Part shown: positions 53,351-64,000 of the stretch, one piece after another
How the letters are laid out: each line of letters starts with the position of its first letter
Position numbering within the stretch: position 1 is the stretch's first letter
From: Octopus bimaculoides
Taxonomy: Eukaryota
DNA length: 64,000 bases
Assembly: GCF_001194135.2 (NCBI RefSeq)
Contig: NC_068987.1
Span: 90,170,451-90,234,450, forward strand
Reading direction: 5' to 3'
The notes under the pieces: generated by a model
Told to the model about the DNA's origin: nothing
Seen by the model: only the letters and a program-made list of their open reading frames with translations
Database searches by the model: none
Translations under genes and position numbers: made by a program

Positions 53351-54184
53351 ACCTAAATTAATATAAAATTAAGATAAAATGAAATTATAATTTTCTTAGA
53401 ATTTTTAGAGAAAGTAACTACATTAAAATGAAGTGTGAGAGAGATGGAGAAAGAGAGAAGAAAGGAGAAAGAGAGAGAGAGAGGGAAGGAGAGAGAGAGG
53501 AGAGGGGGAGAGAGAGGGGGAGATGAAATGTATAGTGCAAATATCAAGAATGAATATTGATTAAAAGAAATAGCTGTAAACATGTTTTAGATCTCAATTG
53601 ATTTAGTATTTTACAGATTAATTAGCATTTTACAAATTTACAAACAAACATTTAATTGTCAAAATGAACTCGATAACACTTTCACTCTCATGGAACCAAC
53701 AAATTTTCTATTGGATTGCAGTCAAAGAGGAGAGAAAAAGAACTTTGACTTCAAATGCGAAAAGACTGTTCTCTAAAAGAACTCGATCAGAGAAAGATAA
53801 AAGGTTTGAAAATGAATGAAACCTCTACCTTGACGCTTGACTTGCTAGAAATAGTACTCAAATCTCTCAAATGATGCATTACAGACTCTTGAAAAGAAGG
53901 AAATGTGCAAACAATAAACATTTGCTTTTGTAATGGTTTCATTCACTGGGTTTAAAAACCATGTAACACAGAGGTTCTCAGCCATTTTTTTTACCCATAA
54001 ACCCCTCTGATTCTTATCTTACTCTACTGGACCCACATAACCATTCCATGTTTAAAAAATTCTGTGCATCGTGGAAGTATAACCGATAACAGATGACAGA
54101 TAAATTTTAACAAAATCTTACAAGGACTCCCAGTAGAAACCAAGCTAAAACAGATTGTTTATCTATCTTCTTAGATGCATCACA

Positions 54185-54430
54185 CGATGTCATTTGCAGA
54201 GTTGTACTGTCTGATATTGTTCAGAAAATCTTTTGACTGGATGGAAATGCTTTCTAGAAGATCCATAAGAGGTTGAGAAGGAGCTGGTAGTGCTGGCAAT
54301 GTTTTCTGACCGCCTGAGCAGCACATACCATTTGTTTCATTTGAAAATTTTAAAGCTCTACAGAAAAGGCAATTTGTGTTTAGCACACCAATTTGGACAG
54401 TTATTATTTTTATAAGAAGGGGATGGATCA
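54185..54430 (-). mobile_element. Helitron Rep/helicase N-terminal fragment
   Basis: IGVLNTNCLFCRALKFSNETNGMCCSGGQKTLPALPAPSQPLMDLL....SKDFLNNIRQYNSA then frameshifted QMTS: matches the Helitron CxxCxAxKF...GMCC.xGK..LP...P.PL..LL...FL.NIR.YNS.FQMTS pattern. Confidence 0.8.
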
Positions 54431-54904
54431 TATCTGAAAACAGCTTCAGAAGTTGTGAAGAACAAATTTGTACGTAGTCTGTTTCTGAGAGCTATTCTAT
54501 TGGACCTCTGTCTAATCATTAAAACATTGATTTAATAAGTGCTGCAACATGCATTTGCTGATGTTGAGACAATCTCATCTAGCTTCTCTCTTCAGACTCT
54601 CACCTTCGGTTTCCTACAATTCTTCTTGCTTTATACTTGTTTCTGGAGAGATTACGTCTTTTCTTTGGTGGCATATTTTTCCCAATATTTTAAACAAAAA
54701 ATTATGAACATAGANNNNNNNNNNTTTTCCCAATATTTTAAACAAAAAATTATGAACATAGAAAGAAATTATACATTAATCCCTATTTTTGTAAGCAGTT
54801 GTATCTGTAAAAAATTTTATATGAAGAGAGCAGAAATTGAAAGAAGATAAAGCGAAAAAACAGAGAAAGAAAGTGAAAGATGAGTGTACGTTTATATGAA
54901 ATGG

Positions 54905-54943
<39 letters not shown>

Positions 54944-55534
54944 TGCACATGTGTATGTGGGTGAGAAAGAGAGAGTGAGTGAGTGAAGATGTGTGTCGTG
55001 AAGATTGACATCTTTTAAGGTACACACAGATATAGAAAATGTGATGTCATCATATAAAATGTTTACGATAGTTGATTTATGGAAAAGATTATGTTAAATT
55101 TTTGAAATGCAAATATGCGAATGAAAATTAAGTTTAATTTGTAGCCAAAACAGTACTGAATCTTTTGATACCCCATACGTCAAAATCTGTAACTCGGTTT
55201 TGGAAAGCATAAGGAATATATAATATCAATGAGGCAGACCTCTACATGGTAGCCAGACCTGGTAGAAATAGCAGCCAAATCTCCCTCAAAACATCCTACT
55301 GTCTTTATCCAACAATTCTGCCTATTATGTAGTTTGAATGAGAAACTGTAGCTAAAGATTAAGATTATTAACCCCAAAGAGAGAGGAAAGAAAAGAGACA
55401 GCATAGCGACGGTTTTGGCTGAGTGTCATCCTGTACTCCCCTTGTTGCGAGCAAAATGGCATGTGCCAGCTGTCTGAGCAACTGGTTATTTTAATGGTGG
55501 AACAAACAGGACATAAAGATTACAAAAATAACAA

Positions 55535-55690
55535 TTCTCACTTTGAAACTAACAATTTTGAAAATCGTTTTAGATTATGGAATGCCCAGCTCTCTCACGT
55601 ATCCATGTTTAAAATTTCAGTGTGATCGAATGAACAATACTCGAGTTATAAGTGCACAAACAAACAGACAAACAGAACAGATTTTATATA
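55535..55690 (+). mobile_element. Possible non-autonomous Helitron/HINE-like fragment
   Basis: aaatttcagtgtgatcgaatgaac...gagttataagtgcacaaacaaacagacaaacagaacagattttatatat: (ACAA/ACAG)n followed by a tttatatat end. Confidence 0.35.
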
Positions 55691-55780
55691 TCAAGATATA
55701 GCTGAAATAAGTATTTCAATACAGTATTTTGAAATTATGAAATAGTCAAAGCTATCCCTCCCTCCCTTTATGTATGTATG

Positions 55781-55869
<89 letters not shown>

Positions 55870-57551
55870 ACACATATGCACACAGTCATAAGTTCAAGCC
55901 TTTCTGTTATATAGTTTGTTTTATGCCTCCGAGTAAGGTCTAATTCAGTTTGTCTGACAAAAAAGAAAAGAAAAAAGAAACACACACACACACACACACA
56001 CACACGCATGAACATTTTTGTAAACATTCATTTCCTTCAGTCAAAAATCTGTGATTTCTTTTGCTTAAAATAATATCTTCTTTGTTGTTTTGCAGTCTAT
56101 GGAGGTTAGACCCAAGGAACTACTAATCTAGGCCCTATCTCTGGAGACATGTTCCTGATTAAAACTGATAAACGTCCTCAAGGACTGATTGCTTTAGATA
56201 GTGCTATGTTTTCTACATTGAAAATAACAATAGTTGTGGTGGTGGTTTCTAACAGACGCAAGGCCACAAACTTAAGGGACAAACTGACCCCCAGTACTTG
56301 GATTGGTACTTTTATATCATCAACCCTGGAAAGAAAAATGGTAAAAAAACTGATCTGAATAGGATTTGAACCCAGATCACAAAGAAGCAGAACAAATGTA
56401 ATAAGGTATTTTGTCTGATGTCCTATGAATTCTGTTGATCTGCCTCCCAAGGCTGGTTTTTAAGAAACTTGCATCATAGAATCAGTCTCAGGTGAGTTGG
56501 TATTAAAAAGGTCAAAATAGTGTGGATACCTCAATAAGTCCCAGACAATTCAGCAACACAAGAACAGCGTCTGGGCAGATATAAGATGAATGTAACCACA
56601 ATTATTGAGAATTACCATGAGGAATGATAAAGAAAGAACAAGATGATTGCACTCACAGTTATTGAGAATTACCATGAGAAAGAGCCTGACACTGTCAAGA
56701 TGGAAATGGAGAATATTTAAGTTGAATAATTTGCTATAATTAAAGGAAATTTATCTCCATCCGTTCCATTTTCTTTCTTTACATAAATAATTAAAAGATG
56801 GAGAAGTTATTAGATTTTTTTTTTTAACTCCCAAACTGACATTTGGAATAATAAGTTTGGTTATGTATTAAGAAACACCAGTCTTGACTTGTGTGTAGAT
56901 CAAGGAATTTTCTTAGACTTTTTGGGTCATGCACCATAAAGTAATACTTAAGTAGATTACTTGTAAAAGATCAATAACTGATAATTTATATCTTCGTACA
57001 TATTCTACCTAATACACACCTAAGTCTCATTTCCTATAATGCTAACTGAGATTATGAAATTTTGATCTTCATTAATTTAATATATAGCAACCAAGATTTG
57101 CAAAGAAATCTAGGAGTAGGGGGTATCACAAACTTAAAAGTATCAGGTTCAAATTTACCTTTTTGCAATAGAATCGGTCTTCCAAAGTATTTAAACATTC
57201 AACTTAATTCTATAAAGGTGAAAGGACAGACATCTCTCAGCAATGTCACATACAGATGACTAGTATCATGTCACAGTAGGAGAAGGGAATTCTCACTAAG
57301 CTAAATATCAAGAAATTGAAGCTAAACATTTTTCCATAGCCATTTAGCAGTTATCTTTATTTCAGTTGTTAGACTGTGGCCATGCTGGGGCACCACCCTG
57401 AAAAATTTTAGTCAAACAAATTGAGACCCCAGTACTTATTATTTTTAGGGATGTAACAGGAAAAAGCCACCTCAACTAAGTAGGTGTGTAGCGGGGAGTG
57501 ACCATTTGAGAGGAGAAGGTGACTTTTATCCCAGGTATTGAGATGCCAAAG

Positions 57552-57698
57552 CAGTGGTTCCCAACCTGTGGTCTGCAAAGGTAATATTGGGGGTCCGTGA
57601 ACATGTTAAGCTGACAGACCTTTCAATATCCTGGGGTCCGTGGCAAAACTCATTTAAATAAAATGGGTTTTTGGTAGTGAAAAGGTTGGGAACTCCTG
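57552..57698. mobile_element. hAT/Charlie-type MITE (147 bp)
   Basis: 16-bp TIRs CAGTGGTTCCCAACCT / AGGTTGGGAACTCCTG (14/16 match); flanking 8-mers tgccaaag / ggttaaag (5/8) fit a decayed 8-bp TSD. Confidence 0.7.
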
Positions 57699-59645
57699 GG
57701 TTAAAGTATGATAGCGAGACAAGCACAGCTATCTTGCCAGAGAGGAGATACATGGCTATCCTTGCTAAAAAAAAAAAAAAAAAAAAAAAAAAGCATATTG
57801 GAAATAATTTATGCTTCTGTATTTATTTCTTTGTTTTATTACTTCAATTTCCTTCAATTTCTCTGTTCTTTCTATTTTATAAACCAAATCTAAACATCCA
57901 ATCAGTTTATAATCACAGAAGATGAGAGACAGCTGTAGAGAAATTCAGAGTCGAGGTGTCTTTTTTTCTTTTTGTGTTCATCCATAAGGCTTCAGTAAAA
58001 TTTATTTGTCTTCACTTTCTGATTTCTAATTACATTTCTGAGACAACTTGAGAAGCAGAAAACATTTATTAGTCCTTCACTGTCACTGTTTGTTTTCTTG
58101 TGACATTTTTGCAAGGATATCAACGGGCAATGATACACATAGCCATAAATTTAATTACAACTTATAAGTCTTCAGTTTGATATCACATGTAACTCACTGG
58201 TACTTCTGATTAGCAACAATGTGTGTGTGTGTGTGTGTGTTTGTTTAATAGAAAAGATGCAATGAACATAAAACTATCTTAATTATTAATTAATATTTTA
58301 GGTCACAATTTATTGACAAATAAACACTGTTGATTACGGGAGTTTAATCAGTCTCCCATTGGTTTACTGCATTTCTGAAGGTGAGAGTAGTAAAGGAGAG
58401 TCTGTAACTCAATGCAGAGCAAATATAGTAAAGGATTTTGTCTGAAGTACACCTGTTTTTTGCTTTCTTACTAATGCTGGTATCCTTCTAGAGAGAGAGG
58501 GAGAAAGAGAGAGCGAGGGAGAGAGAGACTTATCTTATCAAGACATATAGGAGATGCAGACAGACAGATTCTTAAGACATATGATTAACGAGAGTTCATG
58601 TAATTAACAGTTCTGTACAGTGTCTACTTAATACCGTGTTTCTTGATTGGTGAACAACATATGAAACAGACTCAGGAGAACAATGGTAGATATTTAATTC
58701 TGCTGACTGACCAATTGCACAAAACCAGAAAGCAGTAATGTGAAGGAATTCAGTTGCTTAACAACAAAACCAACAGCAACAAAGTATGAAAGCAATTCTA
58801 AAAATACCATCACTTCCACCTTGTGTCTCTCTAATTAAAACAGTTAAACTAAAATTTTACTCAAAAGCTACAATCCTTTATTCTTTAACTAGTTTCAGTA
58901 ATTTGACTGAGGTCATGCTGGAGTACTGAATTCTAGATGTAATCATTGCATGTTATTATTTACCCCTGGCCAGCATAATACCAACCACTTTACTTTACAG
59001 CATGTTCCGGGTGTTTTTTTGTTTTTTTTCAGTTTGAACGACAAATACAAGTGAGGCTGCCATGCATTTTGCAAGATTATGAACCTCAGGGGCAAAAATG
59101 AGTAAAAGTGTGAGAAAAGGGGTCAGAGAAGAACAGGTTTGTTGCTGTGGAGGAGCAACATGACTACTCATATTTTAGGATGAGAGGATGTGAATGATTG
59201 AGTGGAACTCAAAAGAATATTGGAAGACAGTATATACCCATGCTAGCATGGAAGGCAGATGTTGAACGATGATGTGACTGTGCGGTAAGTAGCTTGCTTA
59301 CCAAACACATGGTTCTGGGTTCAGACCCACTGCGTGACACCTTGGGCAAGTGTCTTCTACTGTAGCCTCGGACCGACCAAAGCTTTGAGAGTGGATTTGG
59401 TAGACGGAAACTGAAAGAAGCCCGTCATAAATATATATATATATGTATGCATGTGTCTGTGTTTGTCCTCCCAACATCGCTTGACAACCGATGCTGGTGT
59501 GTTTACATTCCCGTAACTTAGCAGTTGGGCAAAAGAGACTGATAGAATAAGTACTAGGCTTACAAAGAATAAGCCCTGGGGTCAATTTGCTCGACAAAAA
59601 GTGGTGCTCCACCATGGCCACAGTCAAATGACTGGAACAAAAAGA

Positions 59646-59692
<47 letters not shown>

Positions 59693-59747
59693 TATTTTTT
59701 ATCAAATGAAATGTTTAATCAATGCAGGTAACAAATTAAATACTTAC

Positions 59748-59863
59748 ACAGTAGGTACATATTCACCAGGAAAGCTGTCTGTGGTATATGATATCAGCAT
59801 ACATGTCTTGCCTACAGTTCCGTCGCCAACAACGACACACTTGATTGGGCGACCCTGTGCCAT
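59748..59863 (-). CDS. Mtl: Rac-family small GTPase (Mtl/MIG-2 type), coding exon 1
   Basis: ATG at 59863; [38 protein letters not shown](V) contains the P-loop and switch I; donor GT|gtaagt, phase 2. [26 protein letters not shown] matches Drosophila Mtl as I recall it. Confidence 0.95.
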
Positions 59864-59886
59864 TTTGTTGTTTTACCTATACTAAC
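59864..59886 (-). other. Mtl: 5' UTR part of the first coding exon of Mtl, with splice acceptor (implies an upstream non-coding exon)
   Basis: On - strand gtttctttttctttcttcag|gttagtataggtaaaacaacaaaATG: strong polypyrimidine acceptor 23 nt before ATG; second AG 10 nt downstream. Confidence 0.6.
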
Positions 59887-62444
59887 CTGAAGAAAGAAAA
59901 AGAAACAGTGTGTTAAGAGTGCTTATGAAGTACAGTTTAAAAGAAATTACAAATGGATTCTAATATTTGACTATGAAACTTAAAGTAAATACATCATCAA
60001 CATCGTTTAACGTCCGCTTTCCATGCTAGCATGGGTTGAACAATTTGACTGAGGACTGATGAACCAGATGGATGCACTAGGCTCCAATCTGATCTGGCAG
60101 AGTTTCTACAGCTGGATGCCCTTCCTAACGCCAACCACTCCGAGAGTGTAGTGGGCGTTTTACGCTCCACCAGCACGAGGGCCAGTCAGGCACTACTGGC
60201 AACGGCCACATTCAAAATGGTGTTTTTTATGTGCCAGCTGCACAGGAGCCAGTCCAGAGGCACTGGCAACGACCTCACTTGAATGCTTTTTCACATGCCA
60301 GTAAGGCGATCATGAAAGGCAAAGTTAACTGTGGTTCTTGTCCAAAGATAATAACCCTTACAGATGCATTGTTTAAAAACAACACATACACACACACACA
60401 CACACACACTTATTTGTCAAAATGTTGTTAAGCTTATGTTTCTTATGCATTTCCATTGAAACAAGAAATCCAGAATGGTTAGAGAGTAAATGCCCAGTTT
60501 TGAATAAATGTATAAACTACTCAGTTGATGTTCTGAGTAATTTTTTCATTTTGTTTGTAAATTTAAATCCATATTGAACATATATATACAAGATGTAGAC
60601 AATACCCAATGATGTTGCTTCTTAGTTTTGATCGTTTACCCAAGAATTTCCTGGTAGTTGGTTATTTACCTAGATATTTACTCCAAGATGAAAGAATAAG
60701 TCAACCAAACAAGTGAAATCTAATACTTTTACTCTATTGCACATTAAAACATTATCTGAATAAAATCAAAGATCTTTGATCTCTCAGAACTACAAACCAA
60801 TTAGTCTCTGTAGTTAGATAAGATGTTTGACCCATGTTAGGTAGGTTTGTTGGCTGTGCAATATTAAATTTTGCAAGTCTTTTAGACTCTGCCAGGGAAC
60901 TGAGAAAATGGTGCATGTGTGAGTGTGTGTGTTAGAAATGCAGTTGTGCTTGTGATAGTGGCTGAGGGAGTTGTATTGCATAGATAAGATGACATACAGT
61001 TGAGAAGACATAGGCAACTGTCGATCTGGGGATAGGAAACTACAAACCTGTTCAAACCATCAAAGAGAAAAGAAAAAAAAATCATAATTATTTATAATAA
61101 AAAAAAAAGGAGATAACAGAGAGTAAGAGAAAAACAAATGAAAAATGTAAAAATAGGAAGGAAAAGGACAAAAAAGAGAGAAAAGGAGGCATGACAAAGG
61201 CAGAAAGATGAAGAAGAGGCAGAAAGAAAAACAACAAAAAAAAAACAAGAAAGAGAGAAGAAAGAGAGAGAGAAAAGGAAGAATGACAGAATGACAAAGG
61301 CAGAAAGATGAAGAAGAAGGAGAAAGAAAAACAACAAAAAAAAAACAGGAAAGAAGAAGAAGAAAGAGGAAAAACAGAAAATGATGGAGCTGAAGATGGT
61401 AATAAAATAATTGTCAGTTAATTCTTGTTCTAATGATTGCAGACTTTAGTTTGGACATGTTTCCATTTGAAAAAAGTCAGAACTACCTTAGATATTCCAT
61501 CACATCCAAACCATTTTTCCATCCATCCATGTGCGAGTGTCCAGTTGTTTGACCAACTGAACGACCAATTCCTTGAATTAGCATGTAACATGGCTGAATA
61601 TTCCACACATACATGTCCCTGATTCTTTAACTCTTCACCACTTTTAGTTTCATTCAGTAAAATGTTGTTTTGCTACCTCAACAAAACTACAGAAAACAGT
61701 TTTTCTATTGGGTCTCAAACGATTGGCAAGATTCTTCCAGTTACCACGAAAGAAACTAGTAGAAGATGATGGTTGTTGTTGTTGCTGTGGTAGTGGTCAT
61801 GGGGATAGAATGATGGTGAGAGTAGGAGTAGTGGTCAGTGGCGGCGATAGTAGCAATGGATGGTGATTGTAGTGGAGGTGATAAAAACGGCAGTAGCAGT
61901 TCCAGTGATAATAGAGATGGTGGTGGTAACAGCAGCAGTAGTAGTAGTAGTAGTAGCAGTAGCAGAAGCAGTGAAAGTAGTATTTAGTGTGAATCAATTA
62001 GAGTTGCTCAATTAATTCCTATAGAGGAGGCCCAATATGTAAATACAAGATAATAAACAGCAGCTGGAGTTGGAATCATATTCACCAATGATTCTTGCAC
62101 AACTGCAGTCATTGACTAATCAATGCCAAAAGTTGGTCGTCCACATGTGGACTGATCTGAGATAGTTAATATCTTCGATATTGTCAATGGTTTGAGGTAG
62201 AGTTTCAACCAATAATGGAATTACCGTGTCTTAAAGAATTTATTTTTATGATAAGAGGAAGCTATTTGAAGGAGACAATGCATATCTCTATCTCTCTCTT
62301 TTTCTCTCTCTCACACTTTGTGCATGTGCATAGGAAAAGAAAAACTAATAAAACTGAAGAAAAAGAGAAATAAAAAAAATGAAAACAGAAAAAAAAATTC
62401 CTGTGAATTCACTCCAAAAGAAATTCTGTCTAACAAAGGCGTAG

Positions 62445-63212
62445 GAGTGGCTGTGTGGTAAGAAGCTTGCTTCCCAACAACATGGTTCTGGGTTCAGTCC
62501 CACTGCATGGCACCTTGGGCAAGTGCTTTCTACTATAGATTCGGGCTGACCAAAGCCTTGTGAGTAAATTTGGTAGACAGAAACTGAAAGAAGCCTTTCG
62601 TATGTGTGTGTGTGTGTTTGTCCCCCCCCCACCACTTGACAACTGGTGTTGGTGTGTTTATATCCCTGTAAACTAGTGGTGATTCAGCAAAAGAGATCGA
62701 TAGAATAGGGACCAGGCTTAAAAAAATAAGTGCTAGGGTCAATTCATTTGACTCGAAATTCAAGGCTGTGCCCCAGCATGGCCACAGTCTAATCACTGAA
62801 ACAAGTAAAAAATAAATGGATATATATATATATATATAGATATATACTCATTTTACTTGTTTCAGTCATTTGAGTGTGTCCATGCTGGAGCACCACCTTT
62901 AGTCGAACAAATCAATCCCAGGACTTATTCTTTGTAAGCCTAGTACTTATTCTATCAGTCTCTTTTGCCAACCCATTAAGTTACAGGGATGTAAACACAC
63001 CAACATTGGTTGTCAAGCAATGGAGGGGGAACAAACACAGACACACAAATAAATACATATATACATACAATGGGCTTCTTTCAGTTTCCGTCTACCAAAT
63101 CCACTCACAAGATTTTGGTCAGCCCAAGGCTATAGTAGAAGACACTTGCCCAAGGTGCTATACAGTGGGACTGAACCCAGAATCATGTGATGTGGAAGCA
63201 AGCTTTTTGACC
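62445..63212. mobile_element. Tail-to-tail inverted pair of near full-length tRNA-head SINEs
   Basis: + copy 62445-62812 and - copy 62848-63212, separated by ~35 nt of (TA)-rich spacer. Confidence 0.85.
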
Positions 63213-63942
63213 ATGGCTTCAAAGTTTTGGTCTGCTGGTGGCCTGGAACTTTGAAGTCACTGTCACCTATTCTTTTTATAAAAAATTAAAATATATCTGA
63301 TGGTAAAAAAAAAAATTTAAAAAAAAAACAGAAGACAATGCAAAAGGGATAAGTTATGATAAATGCTGTATTCGTTTAATATTTAAAAAGAAGGGAAAGA
63401 ATGTTGATGTTTCGGACGCTAGTCATTCATCATATAAAAAAAAATAAAAGAATGAGAAATGGTGGAGGGAAAAATATAAAGAATGAGGTTGAGCATTTGG
63501 GCAGGGGACTATGCGAGAAAAGAAAAGGATGAGGAAAGGAGAAGAAGAAAGGGTGAGATGTTACCAAAAAATTAGGGGCAGTGTAGGGAGCAGCAAAAAA
63601 AGGGAGAAGAGGTCCAGTAAGCATTAAAAATATACACACACACATATTTATAGAGTCTTACATAAATGAGAGAAAATAGGTAAATGCATATTGTAGAGTA
63701 TATGTGTGTACATAGACAAATGCATAGACATTTGTACAAAGACTGTTAGTCAATGGGATTGCTACTCAGAGTTGGTTGGCTAAAACAACCTTTCCTACAA
63801 CTGTTGTTGACACTTAAGGTATGATGTGACGAGAGAAACTAAACAGCAGCCAACAGGAAACCCCCAGCTTCATTCAGAAATACATCCAACTCCATAATGT
63901 ACAACTTGTACTCTTTCTCTTGCTTGTTAAACCAAATATAGA

Positions 63943-64000
<58 letters not shown>

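Noticed and set aside
54677-54762. Identical 38 bp either side of a 10-N gap
   Set aside because: Unmerged contig overlap, not a real tandem repeat.
61190-61360. Purine-rich ~100-bp-period duplication
   Set aside because: Low-complexity A/G tract; ordinary slippage.

Overview
AT-rich, repeat-dense, intron-rich eukaryotic genomic DNA with nine N-gaps. The SINE/LINE families and microsatellite load point to an octopus (coleoid cephalopod) draft assembly; this is inference, not a database result. Two convergent spliced genes can be rebuilt by hand, mostly invisible to the ORF track. (1) + strand: the last five coding exons (420-624, 5129-5417, 11314-11462, 13260-13464, 17862-18113; 366 C-terminal aa) of an uncharacterised protein built from repeated degenerate EF-hand pairs. 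(2) - strand: a complete 5-exon, 195-aa Rac-family GTPase of the Mtl/MIG-2 type (59863-59748, 50090-49976, 41095-40978, 37371-37211, 33878-33801), ending in CQLL. All junctions are GT-AG and keep frame. The rest is decayed mobile DNA: RTE LINEs, R4/Dong-like RLE LINEs, a mariner remnant, a Helitron remnant, a hAT MITE and several modular tRNA-derived SINE families. The most notable structures are several closely spaced inverted repeats inside transcribed introns (candidate dsRNA/ADAR substrates), two microhomology-joined local rearrangements, and a SINE-poor ~6 kb stretch downstream of the GTPase. No prokaryotic system, CRISPR array or true RNA gene was found, and I cannot support a claim of a wholly new biological system.
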